The notes under the pieces were generated by a model. It saw only the letters and a program-made list of their open reading frames with translations, ran no database searches and had not been told where the DNA came from. Both the position numbers and the translations under genes were made by a program. Of a DNA stretch of 64,000 nucleotides, positions 40,560 through 50,338 are shown piece after piece (the stretch's first letter is position 1; the number at the start of each line of letters is the position of its first letter). Location of the stretch: assembly GCA_965215265.1 (NCBI GenBank), contig OZ244048.1, positions 1,632,001-1,696,000 on the forward strand, given 5' to 3'. The DNA is from Candidatus Poribacteria bacterium. GTDB taxonomy: Bacteria > Poribacteria > WGA-4E > WGA-3G.

Positions 40560-42344
40560 ATGTCAGAAAGGAATTTGACAATTCGCAGTTTATTCGGTTT
40601 AAAAAAATATATCATTCGATATAGGTATGCCATTGCAATAAGTTTTACGCTGGTGCTTTTAACCAATAGCATTCTGCTTGTCAGCCCCAAAATTCTTCAG
40701 ACGGTGGTTGATGAATTGGAACGTGCGTATAAAGATCCAAACCAGACGGTATCAACGGGAAGGCTTGTCTTTTTCTCTGCACTGATTTTGGGTGTCGCCG
40801 TTTTCGCAGGCATTTTGCGATTCGCGCAACGTCGCACGATTCAAGGTGTCGCGCGGCAGATGGAGTATCATCTCCGTGCAGATTTCTTCTTGCATCTCCA
40901 AAAACTTTCAGCCGCTTATTACGATAACGTCCGCACCGGAGATCTGATGACGCGTGCCACGAGCGATTTGAACGCGATCCGCATGGTGCTAAGCAGTGCG
41001 ATAATGTACACCGCGGATGCGACAGTCTTTTTTGGATTGGCACTGATTATCATGTTGCGTATTGATGCAAGTTTGACCCTTCTCGCCCTTCTACCTTATC
41101 CAATTCTTGCCGTTTTAATTCGGCAGCTCGGGAAACGTTTACACGTGCACTACGAGAGCATCCAAGCAGCCTTTTCAACGCTGAACACGAAAGTACAGGA
41201 AAACCTCTCCGGGGTTCGGGTGGTAAAGGCCTATACGCTTGAAGGTAGCGAGATTGAGCATTTTAGAGAACTTAATGAGGAGTTTGTTGGACGTAACCAT
41301 CGGCAAATTCGGCTGATGACGTTCTTTTTTCCACTCTTCCGTTTTCTACCGGGGATCGGCGGTGTCGTTTTGCTCTGGATGGGCGGGTTCCATGTGATAC
41401 AAGGAAAAATTACCTTTGGGGATTTTGTAGCGTTCAATGCGTATTTAATGATGTTGGTACGCCCGATGATTACCCTCGGTTTTATTGTGAATACCTTTGA
41501 GCGTGGCGCAGCATCTATGGATAGGATAAACGTGATTCTCAACGAAAAGCCTGAAATCTATGATAGCGAGGACGTGAAGTACGATATAAAAACTGTTGAA
41601 GGCGAAATTGAATTTAAGAATTTAAGTTTTGCTTATCCGGACGGACATCCGGTACTTAAGGATATTAATCTGAAGATTGCTCGAGGTTCCACACTTGCAA
41701 TTGTCGGTGGAACGGGTTCAGGAAAATCGACGCTGGTCAGTCTAATTCCGCGGGTTCGTCAAGCCGAACGCGGGATGGTGTTTATTGATGGCATTGACAT
41801 CCAAGATATACCGCTAAAAGTGCTACGTTCTCATATTGGATTTGTTGAGCAGGAGCCGTTTCTATTTTCAGACTATTTGCGGAATAACATCGCCTACGGT
41901 GTCGATACACCTAATGATGAGCAGTTAAAACAGGCGGTATACACTGCAGATCTGCTTGCACAAATTGAAGAATTCCCTGATGGGTTAGAAACCCGTCTCG
42001 GAGAACGCGGGCTGACAATTTCAGGTGGCCAACGCCAACGCAGCGCACTCGCCCGCGCGATTCTGATTAAGCCACAGATTCTCATTCTCGACGATGCCTT
42101 CGCGAGTGTCGATACGCAGACAGAAGACACGATTCTGAGCCGGTTAAAAGAGATTATGGTAGCGCGAACGACTATCCTCATTTCACACCGGATTTCGACG
42201 GTTAAAGACGCAGACCAGATTGTTGTGCTAAACGAAGGACGCATCGCAGAAAGCGGTACACATGAAGAGCTGCTCCAACTAAATGGAATTTACACCGGTA
42301 TCTATGAGACCCAACTCTTGCAAGAGGAACTTGCTGAACTTTAA
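40560..42344 (+). CDS. ABC exporter half-transporter (MdlA/YheI-like, degenerate Walker B)
   Basis: TMD + GGTGSGKST, ISGGQ, ILDDA. Confidence 0.92.
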   Translation: MSERNLTIRSLFGLKKYIIRYRYAIAISFTLVLLTNSILLVSPKILQTVVDELERAYKDPNQTVSTGRLVFFSALILGVAVFAGILRFAQRRTIQGVARQMEYHLRADFFLHLQKLSAAYYDNVRTGDLMTRATSDLNAIRMVLSSAIMYTADATVFFGLALIIMLRIDASLTLLALLPYPILAVLIRQLGKRLHVHYESIQAAFSTLNTKVQENLSGVRVVKAYTLEGSEIEHFRELNEEFVGRNHRQIRLMTFFFPLFRFLPGIGGVVLLWMGGFHVIQGKITFGDFVAFNAYLMMLVRPMITLGFIVNTFERGAASMDRINVILNEKPEIYDSEDVKYDIKTVEGEIEFKNLSFAYPDGHPVLKDINLKIARGSTLAIVGGTGSGKSTLVSLIPRVRQAERGMVFIDGIDIQDIPLKVLRSHIGFVEQEPFLFSDYLRNNIAYGVDTPNDEQLKQAVYTADLLAQIEEFPDGLETRLGERGLTISGGQRQRSALARAILIKPQILILDDAFASVDTQTEDTILSRLKEIMVARTTILISHRISTVKDADQIVVLNEGRIAESGTHEELLQLNGIYTGIYETQLLQEELAEL

Positions 42345-42352
42345 AGGAGAAT

Positions 42353-44215
42353 GTGCCTGTGTTTGGTATGGGCGGTGATTTACACGAATATAGCGATGAG
42401 GAGGAGCAGCTCGGTAAAGTCTACGACCGGGTGCTGATGAAACGCCTCCTCGCTTATCTCAAACCGTATTGGTTCCACCTCGTGCTAATCGTTTTTTTTA
42501 TGATAGGAAATACGCTGTCGCGTCTTGTTGGACCGTTTCTGATGCAAATCGCTATTGACCAGAACATTATGCCCGGGGTCTTAGAAGGCTTGGGGACAAT
42601 TGCCATGTTTATGATATTGGGGCTCGTCGGTGAATTTGTGTTTAGTTACTTTGAAGAGTACCGGATGCAAATGATCGGGCAGCACGTCATGCGGGATTTG
42701 CGGCAAACCCTCTTCTCACATTTGCAAATATTGGATGTACAGTACTTCGACAAAAACCCAGTAGGACGGTTGATGACACGCGTGATGGGGGATGTGCAAG
42801 TTCTCAATGAACTCTTTAGTTCAGGAGTCATTACGATTTTTGCGAATTTGTTGAATATTATCGGGATTATGGTAGTGATGCTGCTTTACAATTGGAAGTT
42901 GGCACTCGCAACGTTTACCGTGATCCCGGTGATCTTTGGTGTGACCTTAGTTTATCAGATCTATTCCCGCCGGGCTTTTCGCGAACAACGAAAGCAGTTG
43001 GCCCGTATTAACGCCTTCCTACAAGAAAATATCGTCGGGATGACGACGATGCAACTTTTTGCCCAAGAATACCGCAGCTACTTACGTTTTAACCAACGGA
43101 ACCGCAAGTATCTCGATGCCAACTTGCGCAGTATCTTCTATTTCTCTATTTTTCATCCACTCATTGAGGTGATGGCATCTCTCGCGACAGCAGTCATTAT
43201 CTGGTACGGCGGTGGACAGGTCGTCCAACAGGTGTTGACCTTCGGGGTGCTGGTTGCTTTCATCCGATACGCTGAGCGGTTTTTCTGGCCAATCCGCGAA
43301 TTGAGTGAGAAATATACCATCTTCCAGAACGCGATGGCATCCGCCGAACGTATTTTCCAATTGCTGGATACGCAGCCGACTATTGTTTCCACAAAAAATC
43401 AAAAAAATAGCGATGGTTTAAAAGGCGAAATTGAGTTCCGCAATGTCTGGTTTGCCTATAACGAGGAGGACTACGTTCTCCGGAATGTCTCGTTCACGGT
43501 GAGACCGGGTGAAAAGGTCGCGCTTGTCGGGCATACGGGTGCTGGGAAAACTTCTATTATCAACCTGCTTTGTCGATTTTATGAGACTAACAAGGGGCAA
43601 ATTTTGATTGATGGTGTCGATATACGAGAGATGAACCTCGAGGAATTACGTTCTGCAATTAGCATTGTTCAACAAAATATCTTTCTCTTTTCGGATTCAA
43701 TTGAACGGAATATCAGTCTAGGGAAGCCATCCATTTCCGCAGAGCAGATAGCACGCGCAGCAGAAGATGTCTATTTGGATCGGTTCTTTCAGATTTCCAA
43801 AGATGGGACTGTGCAAAATTCTGCAGGAACAGGCAACTCACTGCCTCACATCCACAGTACCTACATCAAAGAAGATGGTGCGGGCTTATCGGTTGGCCAA
43901 AAGCAGCTCGTTGCGTTTGCACGGGCGTTAGCCTCTGCACCGAACATTCTTATTTTGGACGAAGCGACTTCAAGTGTTGACACGGAGACTGAAATCTTAA
44001 TCGAGGATGCCCTGAGCTATCTGATGGAAAATCGGACATCTGTAGTGATTGCACACCGGCTTTCTACTATTCAAAATGCCGATAAGATTATTGTGATGCA
44101 TCGGGGTGAAATTCGAGAGGTCGGTACCCATACTGAGTTGTTAAAGCAGAACGGCATCTATTATCGCTTATATCAGTTGCAATATAAAGAACAAGAAACA
44201 TCGCGCGTCCGGTAG
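42353..44215 (+). CDS. ABC exporter half-transporter (MdlB/YheH-like)
   Basis: TMD + GHTGAGKTS, LSVGQ, ILDEAT; likely heterodimer partner of the upstream gene. Confidence 0.92.
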   Translation: MPVFGMGGDLHEYSDEEEQLGKVYDRVLMKRLLAYLKPYWFHLVLIVFFMIGNTLSRLVGPFLMQIAIDQNIMPGVLEGLGTIAMFMILGLVGEFVFSYFEEYRMQMIGQHVMRDLRQTLFSHLQILDVQYFDKNPVGRLMTRVMGDVQVLNELFSSGVITIFANLLNIIGIMVVMLLYNWKLALATFTVIPVIFGVTLVYQIYSRRAFREQRKQLARINAFLQENIVGMTTMQLFAQEYRSYLRFNQRNRKYLDANLRSIFYFSIFHPLIEVMASLATAVIIWYGGGQVVQQVLTFGVLVAFIRYAERFFWPIRELSEKYTIFQNAMASAERIFQLLDTQPTIVSTKNQKNSDGLKGEIEFRNVWFAYNEEDYVLRNVSFTVRPGEKVALVGHTGAGKTSIINLLCRFYETNKGQILIDGVDIREMNLEELRSAISIVQQNIFLFSDSIERNISLGKPSISAEQIARAAEDVYLDRFFQISKDGTVQNSAGTGNSLPHIHSTYIKEDGAGLSVGQKQLVAFARALASAPNILILDEATSSVDTETEILIEDALSYLMENRTSVVIAHRLSTIQNADKIIVMHRGEIREVGTHTELLKQNGIYYRLYQLQYKEQETSRVR

Positions 44216-44313
44216 TTCGGTGGCGGCATGTTAAATCACGGCTACACTTCCGTCTCGAGCAACGATAAGGCAGGTTCCGCATGAATGCCTCCGTGCCTAT
44301 CCTGTCAGAGCCT

Positions 44314-45510
44314 TTAGCCTGCAATTATATCCCGAATCTGGTTTGTGTCAGCATCCTGACTCAAACGGGTGTTAACAATCAGTGTCAGTGCGCGTTGAAA
44401 TCTCACTTGTGGCTCACCCCATGCGTTCAAAAGGAGTTGGCTTTCAAGTTTTTCCGGCTGCGCCATTGCTTCTAAAAGCCGATGGATAACTGAAAGATAA
44501 AAGAGTAGGTGATGTGCATCTACCCGCGCTGCGATGTCATCGGAGTCAGCGGATGTGTATTGTCCTCCGTTTGCCGCATGTCTGATAACGGATTCAACAT
44601 ATCTTTTTACCAGTTTCCTATTTAACAGTGAGACAAAATTCGATCTTTCCATGAAAGCACCAATACTATTGAACATTTGAATCAAACGTCTCTCCTGCCA
44701 ATCCCAACCGATGCTTGCAAAATCGATAAAAACGGGTTTTCCACTGTTAATCACGATATTACGTGCGTTATAGTCAAGACTCCCTAATGTCGTAGGTGCA
44801 TTGAGTAAACGGTCAGAGAGTTTCTTCCAAGCAGTTTCGAGACGTTCAATTTGTGCTGTGGACATTGAAATGCCTCTCGCTTGTGTGAGATAGCCGACAG
44901 TTTTTTTTCCTTGTTCAAGTAAACGCCTCAACGTTTCGTGGCTGTTAAAACGGAATACATAAGGTTTTAGCTGCCTTGTCTGTTCTGCAAAACAGTTCTC
45001 AATTCTGCCTAATTCTTGGATTGCAGCGTGTAGGATTCGGTGGCTGGCTAGCTCTGAAATTGTCGTCGATTTTTGTCTCCTTTTTTTTGTATCAAGCGTC
45101 GGTTCGGTGTAGCCACCCCCTTTGTTGTCGATAGAGAGTGTGCTGAGATTTCCAGGACGTTGGGCGATAGCATCAAGCGTCAGTTCTCCGCACCCTTCCA
45201 ATAACAGTGTTTGAAAGGATTCAGATTTCCAAACAACTTTGGGAACATTACAGCCACAGCGGTGTAACATGGATAATACGGTGGATTCAATCTGAAAAGG
45301 CGTATAACTTCCACCTTTGCTAACGTGAAAAGTGGTATAATGTTGTTTAATGACGTAGTATTCGGTACCAATTCTCAAACGCCAGACGTTCTGTCTTTTC
45401 CGCGTTCCGTGCCGAATGGTTTCAATCTGCAGTGCATCCGGAGATGTTTTCAAGTACACAGCAATCTCTTCAAGCACCTGCTCCAGATTGTTTGTATTGG
45501 ACTCAACCAT
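44314..45510 (-). CDS. Aminoglycoside phosphotransferase/kinase-like protein
   Basis: YVIKQ, LDYNARN catalytic loop, FIDFA. Confidence 0.7.
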   Translation of the reverse strand: MVESNTNNLEQVLEEIAVYLKTSPDALQIETIRHGTRKRQNVWRLRIGTEYYVIKQHYTTFHVSKGGSYTPFQIESTVLSMLHRCGCNVPKVVWKSESFQTLLLEGCGELTLDAIAQRPGNLSTLSIDNKGGGYTEPTLDTKKRRQKSTTISELASHRILHAAIQELGRIENCFAEQTRQLKPYVFRFNSHETLRRLLEQGKKTVGYLTQARGISMSTAQIERLETAWKKLSDRLLNAPTTLGSLDYNARNIVINSGKPVFIDFASIGWDWQERRLIQMFNSIGAFMERSNFVSLLNRKLVKRYVESVIRHAANGGQYTSADSDDIAARVDAHHLLFYLSVIHRLLEAMAQPEKLESQLLLNAWGEPQVRFQRALTLIVNTRLSQDADTNQIRDIIAG

Positions 45511-45693
45511 GTTTTTCTTTATTCTCTCGCTAGCGGCTTTCGCTATAACTCAGTAAAGTCTTTATCTTTCCTATAGTAGACGTTGAACGTCCCAGTTAGG
45601 TTGAAGTTCAAAAATTGGGCGCGGTTGGTGCATGCGACGTTAAGCCGATGTACTTGTGTCACTCAGATTTTAATCAGCATCAATAGAAAAAAC

Positions 45694-45722
45694 TTGCAAT
45701 TTGAAGATGACTGTGGTAAAAT
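45694..45722 (+). promoter_or_regulatory. rpsB promoter (extended -10)
   Basis: TTGCAA-17 nt-TAAAAT with TG at the extended -10 position. Confidence 0.65.
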
Positions 45723-45946
45723 ATTTATATCCATTCTAAAGTGGAACAAGAAGTATAAAGTGTACGCGCATGTGACGCGACATAAAGACGACACACCTCC
45801 CGATTTGCACGGCGGGTTCTCTCATTCAGTTCTTCTGTCTGTTTCAGCATCTTAACGTCTTTACTTTAAGGTGATTTTGCAAGATAGGCTTGAAAGCTGC
45901 ACCTGCGACTCGTTAAAGGTTTTTGATGTAACTTCAGAAACAAGAA

Positions 45947-46105
45947 CTTTGTATATAGGAGCACAACAATGATGATGTGATGTTTAACCTCGCACAAATC
46001 TCGTCGGAGCCTTTCGATGTATTGAATCTAAACATCGGAACCCTCCGACGAGATTCGAAAAGGATTTATCAAAACATCAGGCATTGATGTGCTAAAATAT
46101 ACGAA
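45947..46105. repeat. Family A full palindromic element within the rpsB leader
   Basis: TTTGTATA...AAATCTCGTCGGAG...GAATC...CTCCGACGAGATT...TATACGAA. Confidence 0.85.
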
Positions 46106-46317
46106 TGATTCTAAATTTGAGAGTCCGATGCAGATGTGAAAGAGGTGGACGTAAAAACCCGGTAGGCGCTGCTAAGGAAGAGAGTAGCAGAATAGGTAAG
46201 TTTACGAAACCTTTCAGGTGGGGAAGTGCTTCCCGCAAGCGGGGATGAATCCCCATCGTGAACTACCTTTTACCTGCCACCCACTGGGCAGTGCTTCTAT
46301 AAGTGCAGGAGGTTATT

Positions 46318-47211
46318 TTGGCTGTTACAATGAAAGATCTCCTTGAATGTGGAGTTCATTTCGGACACCAAACCCGTCGCTGGAATCCGAAGATGGCAGA
46401 GTACATCTTCGCGGAGCGAAACGGGATTTATATCATTGATTTGCAAAAGACATTACACATGCTGGAAACGGCCGTGGCGTTCGTACAAGACATCGCCTCA
46501 AAAGGCGGGGGAATCCTATTTGTTGGCACAAAACGGCAGTCGCAAGAGGCAGTGAAAGAAGAAGCAGAGCGATGCAGTATGTATTACGTGAATCACCGCT
46601 GGTTAGGTGGCATGCTCACCAATTTCCAAACGATTCGACGGAGCGTCAGCCGCCTCAAGAAGTTGGATGACGACGACACGAATGGGCTATTTGATCAGAT
46701 GCCGAAAAAAGAGGTGATGCGGCTGCGGCGGGAGCGCGGCAAGTTGGACAATAACCTCTGCGGGATAAAGGAGATGCACCAGCTGCCGCAGGTTATTTTT
46801 GTGACAGATACCCGCAAAGAGCATACCGCTATCGCTGAGGCCAATAAACTCGGCATTCCTATTATTGCTATTGTTGATACAAACTGCGATCCGGATCCCG
46901 TCCATCTACCTGTCCCCGGGAACGACGATGCCATCCGCTCAATTCGGCTTATCTGCAACGTTTTAGCGGATGCAGTGATTGAAGGACGTGGGGAAGCCTT
47001 AGAGGGCGAGGAAAGCATAGAAACGCCTGCGGATTCCGAGGTAGCCCCCCAGGTTGATCTTGTGCTAGAAACCGAACGTCATGAAGAGCAAGGGGCTGCG
47101 ATGCTGGATGAAACCGAACTATCCGCGGAACCAGAAGCAATCGGCGATGGCGACACACGTTCTAGTCGCACGCCACGCCCGCGGAGAAGAAGCAGGTCAA
47201 CTAAACGGTAA
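46318..47211 (+). CDS. rpsB: 30S ribosomal protein S2
   Basis: [33 protein letters not shown]; TTG start after AGGAGG. Confidence 0.98.
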   Translation: MAVTMKDLLECGVHFGHQTRRWNPKMAEYIFAERNGIYIIDLQKTLHMLETAVAFVQDIASKGGGILFVGTKRQSQEAVKEEAERCSMYYVNHRWLGGMLTNFQTIRRSVSRLKKLDDDDTNGLFDQMPKKEVMRLRRERGKLDNNLCGIKEMHQLPQVIFVTDTRKEHTAIAEANKLGIPIIAIVDTNCDPDPVHLPVPGNDDAIRSIRLICNVLADAVIEGRGEALEGEESIETPADSEVAPQVDLVLETERHEEQGAAMLDETELSAEPEAIGDGDTRSSRTPRPRRRSRSTKR

Positions 47212-47212
47212 C

Positions 47213-47710
47213 TATTTTTATATATCTCAGTACCATCATCGCTTCTGCTTTGCTGGCTCGTGTGTAAATCTCGTCGGAGTTTTTCTATGCTATGATTCTA
47301 TACATCAGAACCCTCCTAGTGAGTGGCAGGTAATTTGTATGGTGCAGCCCCTAAACGGCTGATGTTGTGTTAATCACTGTGTAAATCTCGTCGGAGATTA
47401 TCTAGGTGATGATTCAATACATAAACGGTTCCCAGTGGGTTGGCAAGTTCGGTATTCTTGTCTCTCCTTGTAGGAGAGACAAAGATTACCTTATCTTGCC
47501 AGCTATAGATTTTGATAACCTTTGCATAAAACTCGTCAGAGCCTGCTTAGGTATCGTCTTTAAAGTCAAAACCTAAGGAATCTCCGAAGAGATTTACACG
47601 GTAATAAACATAACATCAGGCGTTATCGGGCTGAAATATACAAAAAAACGAGATTTACACCCGAACTATCAAAACATAGACGTTGATGGTACGGAGATAT
47701 ACGAAAAAAC
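47213..47710. repeat. Large family A/B mosaic between rpsB and tsf
   Basis: At least five arms plus a family B palindrome at ~47441-47500. Confidence 0.85.
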
Positions 47711-47727
47711 AAGATTGGAGTGGATTT

Positions 47728-48321
47728 ATGGCAATTACAGCAAAATTGGTGAGTGAGCTCCGTTCCCGCACAGGTGCAGGAATTATGGACTGCAAAAAGG
47801 CGTTAACAGAAACGAACGGGAACCTGGAAGAAGCGATTCAAAAATTACGTGAACAAGGTTTGAAAGCGTCCGAACTCAAAGGCGGACGTGCGACAAAAGA
47901 GGGATTAATCGTTTCCTATATCCATCCCGGAAATCGTGTTGGGGCCTTAGTTGAAATGAATTGTGAAACCGATTTCGTGGCGAGAACGGAGCAGTTCCAA
48001 AACTTGGCGAAAGAGATTGCGATGCAAATCGCCGCTGCCAAACCTAAATACGTTGACGTAGAGAATATACCGGATGATGAATTGGATGCAGAAAAAGCGA
48101 TTTTGAAAACACAAGCGGTGAAAGAGGGAAAACCCGAACATATCGCCGAGCGCATTGTAGCAGGACGACTCTCCAAATTCTATTCGGAGACATGCCTGCT
48201 GCATCAGCCCTACATTCGCGATACAGATAAAACCATCCAAGAACTGGTGAAGGATGCGATAGCACAACTCGGTGAGAATATCGTCGTTAAACGTTTTATG
48301 CTCTATGTTCTTGGGCAGTAA
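47728..48321 (+). CDS. tsf: Elongation factor Ts (short form, 197 aa)
   Basis: LRSRTGAGIMDCKKAL, NCETDFVA. Confidence 0.97.
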   Translation: MAITAKLVSELRSRTGAGIMDCKKALTETNGNLEEAIQKLREQGLKASELKGGRATKEGLIVSYIHPGNRVGALVEMNCETDFVARTEQFQNLAKEIAMQIAAAKPKYVDVENIPDDELDAEKAILKTQAVKEGKPEHIAERIVAGRLSKFYSETCLLHQPYIRDTDKTIQELVKDAIAQLGENIVVKRFMLYVLGQ

Positions 48322-48323
48322 AG

Positions 48324-48682
48324 ATTTTCATCTATTTCAGCACATCAACGCTTTTTCGTATACTGGAGCCCAACAACACCTGACGCATTGTTTTTTTTGT
48401 ATATCTCCGTACCATCAACGCTTATGTAATAATAACTCGTGTGTAAGGATTTAATATAGCAGCCGCCTTTATAGGGCTCCTGTATACGAAAGAACGAGAT
48501 TTGTAAGGGGGTTAACATTGCAGCAGGCTTTATTGGGCTCAATTAAGTAACTACGCTGATCAGTATGCAAAGCAGAGTTAACATTGCAGCAGGCTTTATT
48601 GGGCTCCTGTAGACGAAAGAACGAGATTTGTGCAAGGATATTCATTATAGCAGCATTTGTAGTGCTGCAGTATACGAAAAAA
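48324..48682. repeat. Family A arm array between tsf and frr
   Basis: Truncated left arms followed by head-to-tail ACGAGATTT...TATACGAAAGA units. Confidence 0.85.
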
Positions 48683-48693
48683 GGGGAACTCCG

Positions 48694-49281
48694 ATGCAAC
48701 AGGTTCTTCAAGATGCCGAATCCAGGATGAAGAAAACAGTGGAGTCAACAGCGACAAAACTCTCGCACGTACAGACAGGACGTGCTACCTCTGCTCTTCT
48801 GGACCAGGTCACGGTCAATTACTATGGAAGTAAAAGCCCCTTGAATCAGGTAGGTACAGTCACCACACCGGAGCCACGTCTACTTGTTATTCAACCGTGG
48901 GACAAAACGTTAATCAAAGAAGTTGAGAAAGCGATTGCGCTTTCTGATTTGGGCTTCTCAACCAGCAACGATGGAAACGTCGTCCGAATCTTAGTGCCTG
49001 AGTTGACAACGGAACGCCGCACTGAACTCACCAAGGTCGTGCGTAAGTTAGCTGAAGAAGGGCGCGTCGCCATCCGGAACATTCGCCGAGATGCAAACGA
49101 AGCTATACGCAAGCTGGAAGGCGCAAACTCAAGCGGAAGCGGCAGAAAAAGTAGGGGCCGCAGCGGCGATAGGAAGAGTGGGAGATCCGATGCTGACCCT
49201 GTGCAACAGCTTACTGATAATTACATAGAGCAGATTAACCAACTTACCACATCTAAGGAATCAGAGTTGTTGGAAAATTAG
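48694..49281 (+). CDS. frr: Ribosome recycling factor
   Basis: TGRA, IQPWD, PELTTERR, RVAIRNIRRDAN. Confidence 0.95.
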   Translation: MQQVLQDAESRMKKTVESTATKLSHVQTGRATSALLDQVTVNYYGSKSPLNQVGTVTTPEPRLLVIQPWDKTLIKEVEKAIALSDLGFSTSNDGNVVRILVPELTTERRTELTKVVRKLAEEGRVAIRNIRRDANEAIRKLEGANSSGSGRKSRGRSGDRKSGRSDADPVQQLTDNYIEQINQLTTSKESELLEN

Positions 49282-49291
49282 AGGAACGCAA

Positions 49292-50224
49292 ATGGCCGAG
49301 CAGCATATCTACATCCCCGACAAAAAATTTTGGCGGCGAACCTTGAGTGTTATTATGCTGGTCCCATTAGTTCTCCTAATTATATATTTCGGGGATTGGC
49401 TTTATCTGCTGCTTGTGTCCGTGGTGGTATTAATGATGCAGATCGAGTACTGTCGACTGGCGCGGCATTTCAGTGGACATTTTAATGCCCGTTTAGAAGC
49501 CGCGCCTTACATGAATCCGGTAGTCCCTGGACTTCTAACGCTTGCTTTCTGTGCTTTAGCATATTTTGCTCCCGTTTTGCCACAAACAGCAAATGGAAAG
49601 GGCACTGCCGAACTCGTTCTATTTGGATGCTTTACCTTTGTACTTATCTATGTTTTCGCTGAAAGCATCTTCCGTGGAAAAGTTGAGGGAGAGTTGATAA
49701 CCGTTACCTTAAAGTTTACAGGGATTATTACCATCGGCTGGGCTTTAGGCTACCACCTCATCCTGTTACGAAATATCCATATAGAAGGGGCACCGGGCAC
49801 TAACACCGAGGTAGGTAGGAATCTCATATTTTTGCTCGCTGGCACCATTTGGTGCAGCGACACGGGGGCATACCTCATCGGGAGAATTGTCGGGAAGCAT
49901 AAATTGGGCACGCCGATTAGTCCGAGGAAAACGGTTGAAGGTACGATTGCGGGGTTAGTTTTGGGTACCTTGGTAGGTTTTGGACTTGGCGTGACCCTCC
50001 TGCGTGACACGCTCTCTTTGTTCAATGCTGCATTTATAGGCTTGCTATTGAGTGCTTTGGGACAACTCGGTGACCTGAGTGAATCGCTGATGAAACGGAC
50101 TGCAGGTGTTAAAGACTCGGGCGATGTCATCCCTGGACACGGTGGATTCCTTGACAGATGCGACAGCTTAATCTTTAGTGCCCCTGTTCTTTATTATTAT
50201 ATAGAATTTTTTCGTATATTATAG
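49292..50224 (+). CDS. cdsA: Phosphatidate cytidylyltransferase
   Basis: DTGAY, ISPRKTVEG, KDSGDVIPGHGGFLDRCDS. Confidence 0.95.
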   Translation: MAEQHIYIPDKKFWRRTLSVIMLVPLVLLIIYFGDWLYLLLVSVVVLMMQIEYCRLARHFSGHFNARLEAAPYMNPVVPGLLTLAFCALAYFAPVLPQTANGKGTAELVLFGCFTFVLIYVFAESIFRGKVEGELITVTLKFTGIITIGWALGYHLILLRNIHIEGAPGTNTEVGRNLIFLLAGTIWCSDTGAYLIGRIVGKHKLGTPISPRKTVEGTIAGLVLGTLVGFGLGVTLLRDTLSLFNAAFIGLLLSALGQLGDLSESLMKRTAGVKDSGDVIPGHGGFLDRCDSLIFSAPVLYYYIEFFRIL

Positions 50225-50336
50225 CACGTCACAAGTTGCTGTAATCAACACCTTAGCACAAATCTCGTTCTTTCGTCTACAGGAGCCCGTTAAAGGCTGC
50301 CCACTGGGCGTTGACGGTACGGAGATATACAAAAAG
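50205..50336. repeat. Family A arms at the cdsA-dxr junction
   Basis: Overlaps the cdsA stop; ends GGTACGGAGATATACAAAAAGAT-ATG. Confidence 0.8.
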
Positions 50337-50338
50337 AT

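Noticed and set aside
47213-48682. Repeat arrays as a CRISPR array
   Set aside because: No identical direct repeats separated by unique spacers; units are degenerate, inverted and truncated; no cas genes
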